Below are positions 34,785-49,171 of a stretch of 64,000 bases of DNA, in pieces. The first letter of the stretch is position 1, and each line of letters starts with the position of its first letter. The translations under genes and the position numbers were made by a program. The notes beneath the pieces are model-generated. The model saw only the letters and a program-made list of their open reading frames with translations, was not told the origin of the DNA and made no database searches. This DNA is from Planctomycetota bacterium (lineage in GTDB: Bacteria; Planctomycetota; B15-G4; SIAN01): positions 160,001 through 224,000 of the forward strand of contig JANNXA010000051.1 of assembly GCA_031409275.1 (NCBI GenBank). Reading direction: 5' to 3'.

Positions 34785-35816
34785 TCAGAACTGCTCCAGG
34801 AAGCGCAGGTCGCCCGACATCACCCAACGGATGTCGGAGATCGCATGCCGCATCATCGTGAGCCGATCGATCCCGAGTCCGAACGCGAAACCGGTGAATC
34901 GCTCCGGATCGATGTTTCCCGCCTGCAGCACCTTCGGATGGACCATGCCGCAGCCGCACAGCTCGATCCAGCCGCTGCCCTTGCACGTCGCACAACCTCT
35001 GCCAGCGCAGAGCCGGCACTGGAAGTCGAGTTCGAGCCCCGGCTCGACGAACGGGAAGTGGTGCGGCCGCAATCGCGTCGCAACCCGCTCACCGAAGAGC
35101 CGCGCGAGCATCTCGTCGAGCACCGCCTTCAGGTGCGCGACCGAGATCCCCTCGTCGACGACGAGCCCCTCGAGCTGGTGGAAGGTGTGCTCGTGCGACG
35201 CATCCTGCGTCTCGTTGCGGAACACGCGGCCGGGTGCCACGACCCGCAACGGCGCGCCGAACTTGCGCATCGCGCGAACCTGCATCCCCGAAGTGTGCGT
35301 GCGCAGGACCGCGCCACCCTCGGCGTAGAAGGTGTCCTGGGTGTCGCGCGCCGGATGGTGCGGCGGGATGTTCAGCGCTTCGAAGTTGAAGAAGTCCGTC
35401 TCGATCTCGGGCCCATCGACGACCGTGAAGCCCATCGAATCGAACAGCTCCTCGAGCTCGCGCAGCACCGACTTGACCGGGTGTTCATGGCCGACGGCGC
35501 GCCGCGGCGCTGGCTGCGTCGGATCGATGCGATCGGCGGCGAGGGCGGCGGAGACTGCCGCCGATTCGAGTGCCGCCTTGCGAGCGGCGAGCTCCGCCTC
35601 GACCTGGCGCTTGGCGACGTTGCCCGCCTGACCCACCGACTTGCGGCCGGCGTCGTCGAGATCCTTCAGGCCGCGCAGGATCTGCGAGAGCTGCCCGGTC
35701 TTGCCGAGCACGTCGCGCTCGATCGCCTGAAGCGCCTCGAGCGAAGCCGCAACGGCGACCGCGGCGCGTGCCTGCGCCTCGATCGCGGTAATCGCCTGAA
35801 GGATCTGCTCGCTCAT
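34785..35816 (-). CDS. pheS: Phenylalanyl-tRNA synthetase alpha subunit
   Basis: HHPARDTQDTFY, LRTHTS, FHQLEG, GFAFGLGIDR. Confidence 0.98.
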   Translation of the reverse strand: MSEQILQAITAIEAQARAAVAVAASLEALQAIERDVLGKTGQLSQILRGLKDLDDAGRKSVGQAGNVAKRQVEAELAARKAALESAAVSAALAADRIDPTQPAPRRAVGHEHPVKSVLRELEELFDSMGFTVVDGPEIETDFFNFEALNIPPHHPARDTQDTFYAEGGAVLRTHTSGMQVRAMRKFGAPLRVVAPGRVFRNETQDASHEHTFHQLEGLVVDEGISVAHLKAVLDEMLARLFGERVATRLRPHHFPFVEPGLELDFQCRLCAGRGCATCKGSGWIELCGCGMVHPKVLQAGNIDPERFTGFAFGLGIDRLTMMRHAISDIRWVMSGDLRFLEQF

Positions 35817-35893
35817 GTCCCCCGTCCGGACTCGCCCCGCGAACCTTCGGGCCGCGCTGCGAGGGGCGAATCCGGAGCGGGCGAACGCGGCGA

Positions 35894-36253
35894 TCAGGCC
35901 GCGATGGCGGCCTTTGCCTTGGCGACGAACTCGTCGAACTGGCCAGGAGCCTCGATGGCGATCGCCGCGAGGACCTTCCGGTTCACCATGACCTCGGCCC
36001 GCTTCAGGCCGTGCATGAACTGCGAGTACGAGATCCCTCGGTTGGTCAACGCAGCAGAGATGCGCGTGATCCAGAGCCGACGGAAGTCGCGCTTCTTGTT
36101 GCGCCGGTCGCGGTACGCGTAGCGATCCGCACGGATCGCGAACGCACGCGCCTGACGCTTCTTCTTGTGCAGGCTTCCCCGGAAGCCCTTCACCCGCTTC
36201 ATCAGGCGCTTGCGGCGCTTGAGACGGGTCACGACGCTTCGAACGCGCGGCAT
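35894..36253 (-). CDS. rplT: 50S ribosomal protein L20
   Basis: YAYRDRRNKKRDFRRLWITRI, SYSQF, NRKVLA. Confidence 0.98.
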   Translation of the reverse strand: MPRVRSVVTRLKRRKRLMKRVKGFRGSLHKKKRQARAFAIRADRYAYRDRRNKKRDFRRLWITRISAALTNRGISYSQFMHGLKRAEVMVNRKVLAAIAIEAPGQFDEFVAKAKAAIAA

Positions 36254-36302
36254 GTCTACTTACTCCAACGAATCGATCTGGAACGGCGGACGTAGCGCCG
36301 AC

Positions 36303-36503
36303 TCAGAGGCTCGGGCTCAACAGCTGCATGTACGACTTGTAGTAGTGCTTCGGCACTTCCTTCGGACGCCGCAGCTTGCGACGACGCTTGGAGCGCTTGC
36401 CCGACATCAGGTGGCGGCGCCCTTCACGGAAGTGCATGAGTTTGCCGGTACCGGTCACTTTGATCCGGCGCTTCAGCGACTTCTTGGTCTTCATCTTCGG
36501 CAC
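36303..36503 (-). CDS. rpmI: 50S ribosomal protein L35
   Basis: [24 protein letters not shown] start with SD GGAGG. Confidence 0.96.
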   Translation of the reverse strand: MPKMKTKKSLKRRIKVTGTGKLMHFREGRRHLMSGKRSKRRRKLRRPKEVPKHYYKSYMQLLSPSL

Positions 36504-36554
36504 GACACATACCTCCGAGGGCGCGAGGGGTCCGTGGGGCGGGAAGCGTCCGGC

Positions 36555-37262
36555 TCAGGGAGCCGGAGGAGCAATCGCCGTCGGCGGCCGAATCTCTTCG
36601 GCAGCCTGCACGATCTCGGCCTGGTGGACTTGGTTCTCTGCTGGGGTGGTCGGTTTCTCGTCCTGCTTCTTCTCGTCTTGCTTCGCGTGCTTCTTCGTCT
36701 CGTGGCCCTCGGCATCGTCGCCGTGGCCCTTCTTCGGTTCCGGTTTCGGCGGTGCGGTCGAGCGCAACAAGAGCGAGAGGCGACGCCCCTCCATCTTCGG
36801 CGGTCGATCGACTTTCGAAACGTCGGCCAGCTTCACGATGAAGGCGTCCATGACCACTTTCGCGACGTCCATGTGGGACATCTCGCGGCCACGGAACAGC
36901 ATCGTGACCTGGACCTGGTCGCCTTCGAGGAGGAAGTCGCGCGCTTGCTTCGCCTTGTAGCTCACGTCGTGCTCAGCGATCTTCGGCCGCAGCCGAATCT
37001 CCTTGAGCTCGACCTTGTGCTGCTTGCGCTTGGAATCGTGCTCCTTCTTCTTCAGCGTGTAGAGGAACTTGCCGTAGTCCATGATCTTGCAGACGGGCGG
37101 TCGCGCGTCGGGCGAGACCTCAACGAGGTCGAGTCCCTTCTCGTACGCCATCTGCCGCGCCACTTCGGTGTCGACCACGCCAGCCATGGCGCCGGCGTCG
37201 TCGATCAACCGCACCTGGCGGATGCGGATCATGTCGTTGATTCGGTACTGATGCGCTGACGT
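36555..37262 (-). CDS. infC: Translation initiation factor IF-3 (probable ACG start, C-terminal extension)
   Basis: RINDMIR..VRLID, LDLVEV, PPVCKIMDYGK, FRGRE; SD GGAGG 8 nt before an in-frame ACG at 37262. Confidence 0.95.
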   Translation of the reverse strand, partial: TSAHQYRINDMIRIRQVRLIDDAGAMAGVVDTEVARQMAYEKGLDLVEVSPDARPPVCKIMDYGKFLYTLKKKEHDSKRKQHKVELKEIRLRPKIAEHDVSYKAKQARDFLLEGDQVQVTMLFRGREMSHMDVAKVVMDAFIVKLADVSKVDRPPKMEGRRLSLLLRSTAPPKPEPKKGHGDDAEGHETKKHAKQDEKKQDEKPTTPAENQVHQAEIVQAAEEIRPPTAIAPPAP

Positions 37263-37290
37263 ACGCCGTCCCTCCGAACACCCAAAACGC

Positions 37291-37369
37291 AACCCGCGGT
37301 CAGCTTGAGCCACCTCGCCCCGAGTGCACTCAGGGGAAGCACGAGGAAGCTCAGTTGAGCCCGCGGGTC
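37291..37369 (-). promoter_or_regulatory. Long irregular stem-loop in the infC-rpmI-rplT leader
   Basis: Nested pairings GACCCGCGG/CCGCGGGTT, TGAGC/GCTCA, CCTCG/CGAGG, CCCC-GAG/CTC-GGGG. Confidence 0.55.
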
Positions 37370-37498
37370 AATCGATCCGCTTCGCCCTGGCGAAACGGGC
37401 GCGGCATCCTAGGGGCGCCCCCCTCGGGGATCAAGGTGTCGCCGCGTCGGACCTCGCTGCGCCCCGCCGCACCCCCTCCGCTGGAGGCGATCCCGCCC

Positions 37499-39415
37499 TC
37501 AGCTCTTCGCGGCCACTTCGCCCAGGAGCCGAGCCAGGAACGCCTCGAACGGCTGCGCCCCCTGGTCGCCGGCGCCCCGGGCGCGCACGGCGACGGCGCC
37601 CGTGTCGCGCTCGCGCGCCCCGAGGACGAGGATGTAGGGCACCTTCTCGAGCGACGCGTCGCGAATCTTCGCCCCCATCTTGTCGGTGCGATCGTCGACC
37701 TCGACGCGCAGACCGGCGGCCTGGAGCCGCGCTCCGACGTCGCGGGCGTAGGGAAGGACCTCCTCCGCCACCGGCACCACCTTCACCTGCACCGGCGAGA
37801 GCCACAGCGGCAGGCTGCCCGCCGTGTGCTCGAGGTAGACGCCGATGAAGCGCTCGAGCGACCCGAGCATCGCGCGGTGGACCACGACCGGCCGCTTGAC
37901 CGTTCCATCCTGCGCGTTGAAGTGCAGGTCGAAGCGCTCGCCGAGGTTGAAATCGAGCTGGAACGTCGAGAGCTGCCACGCGCGTCCGATGGCGTCGCGC
38001 ACCTGGAAGTCGATCTTCGGTCCGTAGAAGGCGCCGTCGCCCGGGTTCAGCGTGTACTTCTGGCCGAGGCGGTCGAGCTGCTCGAACAGCGTGCTCTCCG
38101 CCTTCTTCCAGAGCTCGTCGGAACCGACCGACTTCGCCGGGCGCGTGCCGACCAGGACGGTCGGATCGGGAAGCCCGAGGTCCTTGTAGATCCGCCGCTG
38201 CAGCGCGAAGCAGTTCTCGATCTCGGCGCCGATGCTCTCCGGTGCCATGAAGATGTGACCATCGTCCTGCGCGAAGGTGCGCACGCGGGTCAGGCCGGCG
38301 ACGACGCCGCTGCGCTCGAAACGATGGAGGCGGCCGAAGTCGGCGAATCGCAGCGGCAACTCGCGATAGCTGCGCCCCTTGCCGGCGAACATCAGCGCAT
38401 GGGCGGGGCAGTTCATCGGCTTGACGCCGAACTCCCGATCCTCCGCCTCGGTGAAGTACATGTTCTCTTTGTAGTTGTCGTAGTGCCCCGAGATCTTGAA
38501 GAGCTCGGTCGCGAAGATCTGCGGAGTGATCACTTCCTGGTAGCCGAACTCGACGTAGAGGCTGCGCACGTAGGCGATCAACGCGTTGTAGAGCCAGGCG
38601 CCCTTGGGCATGAAGAAGGGGCTCGCCGGCGCGAGCGGATGGAACATGAAGAGGCCGAGTTCCTTGCCGACCTTGCGGTGGTCGCGGCGCACCGCTTCTT
38701 CGCGCGCCTTCAGGTGCTCTTCGAGCGACTTGGCATCGACGAACGCGGTGCCGTAGATGCGCTGCAGCATCGGCCGCTTCTCGTCGCCGCGCCAATAGGC
38801 GCCCGCGATCGACAGCAGCTTGAAGTGCTTGATGCGGCCCGTGGACGGCACGTGCGGACCGGTGCAGAGGTCGGTGAACTCGCCCTGCGTGTAGAAGCTG
38901 ATCGAGGCGTCGGCGGCGAGCCCTTCGATCAGCTCGCGCTTGTAGGGGTCGTGGCGTTCGTTCGCCCACGCGAGCGCCGCTTCCCGCGACAGGACCGATC
39001 GGGACAACGGGAAGTCGGCGGCCGCCGCCGCCTTCATCTCCGCCTCGATCTTCTCGAGATCCTCGGGCTCGAGCTGACGCGGCAGCTCCATGTCGTAGTA
39101 GAAGCCGTTCTCGATCACCGGCCCGACGCCGAACTTCGCCTCGGGATAGAGGCGCTTGACCGCCTGCGCGAGCAGATGGGCGCACGAGTGGCGCACCACG
39201 TCCTGCGCTTCCGGGTCGGCCTCGGTGACGAAGCGCACCTTGGCGTCGGCGTCGAGGCTGCGATGGAGGTCCATCACCGTCCCGTCGACCACCGCGGCGA
39301 TCGCCTTCTTGCCCAGCGAGATGGCGATCGTTCGCGCCAGGACGCCGAGGTTCACGCCTCGTTCAGGTTCGAGCACCTTGCCGTCGGGCAGGGTCACGCG
39401 GATCGTTGCGGCCAT
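37499..39415 (-). CDS. thrS: Threonyl-tRNA synthetase
   Basis: RHSCAH, DLCTGPH, RDHRKVG, KPMNCP, GAFYGPKID, HRAMLGSLERF. Confidence 0.98.
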   Translation of the reverse strand: MAATIRVTLPDGKVLEPERGVNLGVLARTIAISLGKKAIAAVVDGTVMDLHRSLDADAKVRFVTEADPEAQDVVRHSCAHLLAQAVKRLYPEAKFGVGPVIENGFYYDMELPRQLEPEDLEKIEAEMKAAAAADFPLSRSVLSREAALAWANERHDPYKRELIEGLAADASISFYTQGEFTDLCTGPHVPSTGRIKHFKLLSIAGAYWRGDEKRPMLQRIYGTAFVDAKSLEEHLKAREEAVRRDHRKVGKELGLFMFHPLAPASPFFMPKGAWLYNALIAYVRSLYVEFGYQEVITPQIFATELFKISGHYDNYKENMYFTEAEDREFGVKPMNCPAHALMFAGKGRSYRELPLRFADFGRLHRFERSGVVAGLTRVRTFAQDDGHIFMAPESIGAEIENCFALQRRIYKDLGLPDPTVLVGTRPAKSVGSDELWKKAESTLFEQLDRLGQKYTLNPGDGAFYGPKIDFQVRDAIGRAWQLSTFQLDFNLGERFDLHFNAQDGTVKRPVVVHRAMLGSLERFIGVYLEHTAGSLPLWLSPVQVKVVPVAEEVLPYARDVGARLQAAGLRVEVDDRTDKMGAKIRDASLEKVPYILVLGARERDTGAVAVRARGAGDQGAQPFEAFLARLLGEVAAKS

Positions 39416-39449
39416 GGCGTTCTCGTCGCTCTCGTGAAATCGGGGAACG

Positions 39450-39474
39450 GGGGATCAGGGACGGGGATCAGGGA
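39450..39474. repeat. Short direct repeat GGGGATCAGGGA x2 at the aspS stop
   Basis: Seen directly; 13-bp period. Confidence 0.5.
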
Positions 39475-41261
39475 ACCGGCGGCAGGTCGAAGCGGAGCTT
39501 CAGGTCACGCGTCGCGCGTTCGTCGGCGAGCGTCGGCGCGCCGGTCATGAGGCAGACCGCCGTCGCCGTCTTCGGGAATGCGATCACTTCGCGGATGTTG
39601 TCGGCTTCGAGCAGCAGCGCGATCAGTCGATCGAGCCCGATGCCGATGCCGCCGTGCGGCGGTGCGCCGTACTCGAAGGCCTCGAGCATGAAGCCGAACT
39701 TGCGCTGCGCCGCCTCGGGTGCGAGCCCGACGGCATCGAACACGCGCTGCTGGAGCGCGCGATCGTGGATGCGGATCGACCCGGAGCCGAGCTCCCATCC
39801 GTTCATCACCAGGTCGTAGGCACGCGCGCTGACGGCGCCTGGCTCGGCGGTGATCTGACCCGGGTACTTCTCGATGGGCGTCGTGAACGGGTGGTGAGCC
39901 GCCTTCCACGTCTTCTCGTCTTCGTCGTACTCGAACAGCGGGAACTCGACGACCCAGCACAGCTCGAGCGTTCCCTTCTTCACGCCGCCGAAACGTTCGC
40001 CGAGCTGGCGGCGGACTTCCGCGAGCGCCGCGCACGCGACCTTCAGCCGGTCGGCCACGAACAGCAGCAGGTCGCCCGGCAGCGCGCCGAGCCGGGCGAG
40101 GATCGCCTTGCCGGCTGGGTCCTCGAGCCCCTTCGCCACGCCGCCCGCGGCCTTGCCCGTGGCATCGAGCTTGGTCCACGCCAGCCCCTTCGCGCCGAGC
40201 TCCTTCGCCTTGCCTTCGAGCGCCTCGATCTCCTTCCGGGACATCGCCTCGCCACCGGGCACGCGCAGGCCGCGCAGGACGCCACCCGCGTCGACCGCGC
40301 CGCGGAAGATCTTGAAGTCGCTGCTCTTCGCTTCGGCGCTGACATCGGCGATCTGCAACGCGTTGCGCAGATCGGGCTTGTCGCAGCCATAGCGCAGCAT
40401 CGACTCGGCGTGGGTGATGCGCCGGAACGGTTGCGGCACCGCGATTCCGGTCGACTCCTTGATGGCGTGCGCGACCGCCGACTCGACCGTCGCGAAGATC
40501 AGCTCCTCGTCGGGGAAGCTCATCTCGAGGTCGAGCTGGGTGAACTCGGGCTGGCGATCGGCGCGCAGGTCTTCGTCGCGCATGCAGCGCGCGATCTGGA
40601 AGTACTTGTCGTAGCCCGCCACCATCAAGAGCTGCTTGAAGATCTGCGGCGATTGCGGCAGCGCGTAGCAATGGCCGGGATAGAGGCGGCTCGGCACGAA
40701 GTACTCGCGCGCGCCTTCCGGGGTCGCCTTGGTCAGGAAGGGCGTCTCGACCTCGACGAACTGCTGGCGAGTGAAGTCGTTGCGGATCGCCTGCATGAAA
40801 CGATGGCGGAACATCAGGTTGCGCTGCATCTGCGGCCGGCGCAGGTCGAGGTAGCGGTACTTGAGGCGCACCTCCTCGGAGACCTTCGCTTCGTCGCGGA
40901 TCTCGAAGGGCGGGGTGCGCGAGCGGTTCAGGATCTCGAGGCGATCGGCGGCGAGCTCGACGGCGCCGGTCACGCGGTCGGCATTGACGTTCTCTGCGGG
41001 ACGCGCGCGCACAAGGCCGCTGACGGCCACGACGTCCTCGGGGCGCAGCGACTGTGCATCGGCGAGGAGCCGTGGATCGGCATCGCCGAAGAAGACCTGA
41101 GTCAGACCGTAACGATCGCGCAGGTCGCCGAAGACGAAATGCGCGTGGTCGCGAGTGGTGTGGATCCAGCCGTTCAGCGTGACCCGCTGGCCCACGTGCT
41201 CGAGCCGCAGCTCGCCGCACGTGTGGGTCCGCCGCGTGAAGGCGGTGCCGCCGTCGCTCAT
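39468..41261 (-). CDS. aspS: Aspartyl-tRNA synthetase
   Basis: [47 protein letters not shown] at 41261. Confidence 0.98.
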   Translation of the reverse strand: MSDGGTAFTRRTHTCGELRLEHVGQRVTLNGWIHTTRDHAHFVFGDLRDRYGLTQVFFGDADPRLLADAQSLRPEDVVAVSGLVRARPAENVNADRVTGAVELAADRLEILNRSRTPPFEIRDEAKVSEEVRLKYRYLDLRRPQMQRNLMFRHRFMQAIRNDFTRQQFVEVETPFLTKATPEGAREYFVPSRLYPGHCYALPQSPQIFKQLLMVAGYDKYFQIARCMRDEDLRADRQPEFTQLDLEMSFPDEELIFATVESAVAHAIKESTGIAVPQPFRRITHAESMLRYGCDKPDLRNALQIADVSAEAKSSDFKIFRGAVDAGGVLRGLRVPGGEAMSRKEIEALEGKAKELGAKGLAWTKLDATGKAAGGVAKGLEDPAGKAILARLGALPGDLLLFVADRLKVACAALAEVRRQLGERFGGVKKGTLELCWVVEFPLFEYDEDEKTWKAAHHPFTTPIEKYPGQITAEPGAVSARAYDLVMNGWELGSGSIRIHDRALQQRVFDAVGLAPEAAQRKFGFMLEAFEYGAPPHGGIGIGLDRLIALLLEADNIREVIAFPKTATAVCLMTGAPTLADERATRDLKLRFDLPPVP

Positions 41262-41325
41262 CTCCGCGCTCCTGCGAAAGGGCGCGGAGCATAGCGCCCG
41301 AGGTGGGCGCGGCCGACGGCGCGGA

Positions 41326-41745
41326 CTACTCGAGGCCCGGGAACTGCGCGGCGGAGAGGCGAACCAGCGAGCGACGCAACGCCGCTTCCGCGCGGGCGTG
41401 ATCGACCTTGCTGCCGCGGTCGCGCAGCCGATCCTTGGCGCGCTGCTGCGCCTTCGCGGCGCGCGCCGCATCGATCTGCTTCCTGCTGTTGCAGAAGTCG
41501 ACGAGCACACGCACGCCGGTGCGGCGCACTTCGACGAACCCCTCGCCCACCGCGAAGATCCGCTCCTTGCCATCCTCGCCGCGCAGCCGCAGCAGGCCGG
41601 CATCGAGCGCGGCGACGAGCGGCGCGTGACGCGCCAGCACGCCGAAGCTCCCCTTCTTGCCGGGCAGCTTGAGCGAGGTCACGCGGCCTCGATAGGACGA
41701 GCCGTCGGGCGTGATCACCTCGAAGTCGAAGGGCGTTTGCGCCAT
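41326..41745 (-). CDS. atpC: F1 ATP synthase epsilon subunit
   Basis: [23 protein letters not shown]; last gene of the atp operon. Confidence 0.95.
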   Translation of the reverse strand: MAQTPFDFEVITPDGSSYRGRVTSLKLPGKKGSFGVLARHAPLVAALDAGLLRLRGEDGKERIFAVGEGFVEVRRTGVRVLVDFCNSRKQIDAARAAKAQQRAKDRLRDRGSKVDHARAEAALRRSLVRLSAAQFPGLE

Positions 41746-41751
41746 GACCGA

Positions 41752-44251
<2,500 letters not shown>

Positions 44252-44254
44252 GCG

Positions 44255-45799
<1,545 letters not shown>

Positions 45800-45862
45800 C
45801 GGCTGATTCCTGTTTTGATCGAGGCGTCTGCGACGACGCGGGGTCGCTGCGGACGCAGCAGG

Positions 45863-46426
45863 CTATTGCAACGCCACGCGAAGGAGATCATCGCGCATCC
45901 CGGCGAGCCGGCGTCGCGCCGACCCGTCGAGCAGCATCGATCCCACCTTCACGCGCACGCCGCCGAGCAAGGTCGCATCCACCGTCTCTTGCAGCGTGAT
46001 CTTCTTGCGAGTCAGCTCGCCGAGGCGAGCGATCAGGTCCGCGCGCGCGGTCGCGTCGAGCGGAGCAGCCGAGACGACCTCGGCCACCGCTTCGCCGCGT
46101 TGCTCGCGCAACAGCCCTGCGAACTCCTCGGCCGAGAGCGGCAGCACCCGCTCGCGGCGTCGATCGAGGAGGAAATGGAGGAAGTCGCGGGTGAGCGGCT
46201 GCGCCGTGGCTGGCAGCAACCGGTCCGCGACGCCGCGCTTCGCCGCCAACTCGACGCGCGGGTCGAGCAGCGTCGCGAGGAGGGCAGGCTCGCTCGCCAG
46301 CTTCTGCAACAAGCGCTCGAGGTCCTGCAGCACGGCATCGGCCGCACCCTGCTCGAGCGCAAGCTCGAACAGCGCGCGGACGTAGCGGCGAGCGATGGTC
46401 CGTTCGGTCACGGTGTCAGTCGCCAC
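45863..46426 (-). CDS. atpH: F1 ATP synthase delta subunit
   Basis: IARRYVRALF, VDATLLGG..LDGS. Confidence 0.95.
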   Translation of the reverse strand: MATDTVTERTIARRYVRALFELALEQGAADAVLQDLERLLQKLASEPALLATLLDPRVELAAKRGVADRLLPATAQPLTRDFLHFLLDRRRERVLPLSAEEFAGLLREQRGEAVAEVVSAAPLDATARADLIARLGELTRKKITLQETVDATLLGGVRVKVGSMLLDGSARRRLAGMRDDLLRVALQ

Positions 46427-46943
46427 GCTTCATCAGGGCGATCGCTTCGGAGGCCAGTCGACGGTTGTCGTCCTGACCGACGTTGCGGCCCAGCACCGTC
46501 CCGGCCGCCTCGATCGAGAGATCGACGGCCAGCACGCGCATCTCCTCCATCGCCTGCTGTTTCGCGAGCGCGATCTCCTCGCGCGCGCGCACCAGCAGCT
46601 TGTCGGCCTGCGCACGGGCGTCGGCCTCGAGCTCCTTGGAGAGCTTCTCGCCGCGCGCCCGCGTCTCCTCGACGATGCGGTCCGCCTTGATGTAGGCCTC
46701 CTTCAGCTTCGCATCAGTCTCGGCCGCAGCTCGCCTCGCCTCGACCTCGGCCCGCTCCGCCTTCCCGAGCCCCTCTTCGATCTTCTTCTCGCGGGTCTCG
46801 AGCGCCGCGATCAGCGGGCGCCACGCGACCTTGGAAAGGATGAACGCGACCAGCCCGAAGACGGCCCAGGTCCAGAACAGCGTTCCGGGGTCGTACTTGA
46901 GCGGGTCCCAGTCGATGAGAAGCGAAAGTGAGCAAGCGGTCAT
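46416..46943 (-). CDS. atpF: Fo ATP synthase subunit b
   Basis: GTLFWT..TM..WRPLIAALETREKKI followed by a coiled coil. Confidence 0.95.
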   Translation of the reverse strand: MTACSLSLLIDWDPLKYDPGTLFWTWAVFGLVAFILSKVAWRPLIAALETREKKIEEGLGKAERAEVEARRAAAETDAKLKEAYIKADRIVEETRARGEKLSKELEADARAQADKLLVRAREEIALAKQQAMEEMRVLAVDLSIEAAGTVLGRNVGQDDNRRLASEAIALMKRGD

Positions 46944-47032
46944 GCCGAGGCTCCGCGGGCCCGCCGGTCAAGGCGAGCCCAAAGCTGCGGTCGTACGGTC
47001 TGCGATCGAGCGGTGCTGGAGGACGGGTCGGA

Positions 47033-47314
47033 TCACATGAAGATCGCGAGCATGCAGGTGATGATCGCGAGCAGCGTGACGCCTTCGATGAGGGCCGCGG
47101 CGAGCAGCATGCCGCCACGGATGTCGCCGGCAGCCTCCGGCTGACGGGAGATGCCCTCCATCGCCGCCGAGGCAAGGCGCGCGATGCCGGACGCACCGCC
47201 CACGATGCAAAGGCCGGCGCCGATCGCCGCCGCGGCGTTCTTCAGGCCGAAGTTGAAGACCTCGGTCTTCGGCGCGTCCTGAACCAGGGTCACCAGCGAA
47301 ACGAGAAGGTCCAT
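47033..47314 (-). CDS. atpE: Fo ATP synthase subunit c (H+-type signature)
   Basis: IGAGL..GIA..ISRQPEA..AALIEG; no Na+-type ES/T motif after the Glu. Confidence 0.95.
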   Translation of the reverse strand: MDLLVSLVTLVQDAPKTEVFNFGLKNAAAAIGAGLCIVGGASGIARLASAAMEGISRQPEAAGDIRGGMLLAAALIEGVTLLAIITCMLAIFM

Positions 47315-47433
47315 CACCGAGTCTCCGTGTCCGGCGCCCTCTCGGGCGCCCGCCCATGCGCCCTCGCGGGCGCGTGCCATGCGCTCTCGCGAGCGCGTGC
47401 TTGTTTGTTGCCAGAAGTCGTCGAGCCGTCCGC

Positions 47434-48408
47434 TCAGTGCTCCGGGTGGACAGCCGCGCCGACGAAGAGGATCGAAAGGTAGGTGAAGATGTAGGCCTGA
47501 ATGAAGGCCACCAAGAGCTCGAGGAAGGTCAGGAAGACGTTGAACCCGACCCCGACCGCACCGATCGCATAGCTCTGGAACAGATAGATCAGGCCGTAGA
47601 CCGTCAGCATCGCGAGGTGGCCACCCACCATGTTCGCGAAGAGACGAATGGTGAGTGCGATCGGCTTGATGATCAGGCCGAGCACCTCGATCGGATACAT
47701 GATGCAGAGGATCGCAAGTCGCATCGCCTTCATGCCGACGCTGTCGCCGAGATGGATCGGCGGCGCGAGCCCGACGATGTAGTGGCCGAGCCCCTGCTCC
47801 TTGATCCCCCCGTAGAGGATCGCAGTGAACGTGGTCAGCGCGAGCCCGCCGGTGACCCAGAAGTTCGCCGTGGCCGTGGTCGGGAAGTGCATCGAGCGGA
47901 AGAAATCGAAGTTCGGCAGGATGCCGAACAGGTTCATCAGCAGGATGCAGAAGAACTGGGTCAGGAAGAGCGGCAGGAAGGGGCGACCGTGGTGCTCGCC
48001 GATGTTGGCGTAGACCATGTCGTTCTTGACGAACGCCACCAGCGCCTCAAGGGCGTTCTGGAGCGGGCCACGCGCGACGAGTCCGTCCGACTTGCGCTTC
48101 CGGGCGAGCCAGGTGAAGGCGATCCCGACGATTGCCGCCGCGATCAGCAGCGCGAGGTTGTGGTTGGTGAAGTGGAACGGGATCGGACCGAGCGTGAGGT
48201 AGGGCTCGTGGGTGTACGGGTGAGCGAAGAGGTGCTCGTAGATGCCCGTCATCATCTCGGCCGACGGCATCGCCTCGGCGGCAGCGTGACCCGCCGCCTC
48301 GACCGCCCCGTGGCCACCCTCGTGCTGGGCACCTTCGCCCGCAACGGTGAGGAGCGGGAGCGCCGGCGCGAGGATCTGGGTGAAGAGCGCGGTCGCGAGC
48401 TGGATCAC
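47434..48408 (-). CDS. atpB: Fo ATP synthase subunit a
   Basis: TATAN, IRLFANMVGGH, LELLVAFIQAYIF. Confidence 0.97.
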   Translation of the reverse strand: MIQLATALFTQILAPALPLLTVAGEGAQHEGGHGAVEAAGHAAAEAMPSAEMMTGIYEHLFAHPYTHEPYLTLGPIPFHFTNHNLALLIAAAIVGIAFTWLARKRKSDGLVARGPLQNALEALVAFVKNDMVYANIGEHHGRPFLPLFLTQFFCILLMNLFGILPNFDFFRSMHFPTTATANFWVTGGLALTTFTAILYGGIKEQGLGHYIVGLAPPIHLGDSVGMKAMRLAILCIMYPIEVLGLIIKPIALTIRLFANMVGGHLAMLTVYGLIYLFQSYAIGAVGVGFNVFLTFLELLVAFIQAYIFTYLSILFVGAAVHPEH

Positions 48409-48701
48409 CCTTTCATCTCCTGTTTCCGACCGCGCGAAGCCCGGAAGAGTCGCAAGCCGTCGACCACGGCAGCCGCGAACGATGCCGCGCCGACCGTGAA
48501 AACCAACGCGATGCGATGCTCCGTACCGCTCACCAACAGGAGCACGACCAGGAGCACCACGAGGAACAGTCGCACTCCCATTGCTGCGAGGTGCGCTTTC
48601 TCTCGAGTCATTTGCAAGACGCGCGCCACGACGCTCGTCGTCCCGAAGAACAGCGCCATCGTGAGCGCGGCCACGAACACGATCTGCAGCAGCAACGTCA
48701 T
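48405..48701 (-). CDS. AtpI-like membrane protein
   Basis: About 3 hydrophobic segments; start/stop overlaps with both neighbours in the atp operon. Confidence 0.65.
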   Translation of the reverse strand: MTLLLQIVFVAALTMALFFGTTSVVARVLQMTREKAHLAAMGVRLFLVVLLVVLLLVSGTEHRIALVFTVGAASFAAAVVDGLRLFRASRGRKQEMKG

Positions 48702-48964
48702 CTGCCCGTCCCGTCGCCCCCGCTGTCCCGCCGCCGCTCGCTGCGTTCCAGCGCCTGCAACGTCCGGATCACCGCCACGCCCCCCGCCACTCCGCCGAGG
48801 AGGCCGAGCGCCACCGTGAAGACGATCGGCCGGAAGCCAAGCGCCCGGTCGAGCGCCAGACCACCTAGAACTCCAGCCACCACGGCGACGGCAAAGCCGC
48901 TGCCGAGTGCGCTCGCGACCGCGAAGCCGCGAGCCATCGCCTGCAACGACCGCGTCGGGCCCAT
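48698..48964 (-). CDS. AtpZ/AtpI family protein
   Basis: GVLGGLALDRALG..GLLGGVAG pattern; first gene of the atp operon. Confidence 0.8.
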   Translation of the reverse strand: MGPTRSLQAMARGFAVASALGSGFAVAVVAGVLGGLALDRALGFRPIVFTVALGLLGGVAGGVAVIRTLQALERSERRRDSGGDGTGR

Positions 48965-49171
48965 CACCACCCTTCCGCGAATCGATCCAAACCCAGAAGG
49001 GGCGGGACGATAGCGACGGGCGACCCTGCGAGGCAACGCCGCGCCGCCCGCGTGCGGAGGGCAAGGAGTTCCTCCCCGGCGCTTCCGACGGAAAACTGTC
49101 GGAACCGGCGGGCGCCTCGCTCTTACCTTTCACCGTCGGGACGGCGCGCGACGCGCCCCACGAAAGGCGGC

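Noticed and set aside
35821..35881. Hairpin between rplT and pheS considered as a T-box or pheM attenuator
   Set aside because: The spacer is under 80 nt, with no T-box sequence or Phe-rich leader peptide; probably a simple stability or terminator hairpin.
47033..47314. Na+-translocating or N-type ATPase
   Set aside because: Subunit c has IEGV without the Na+ ligands, and gene order is the standard F-type with delta present.
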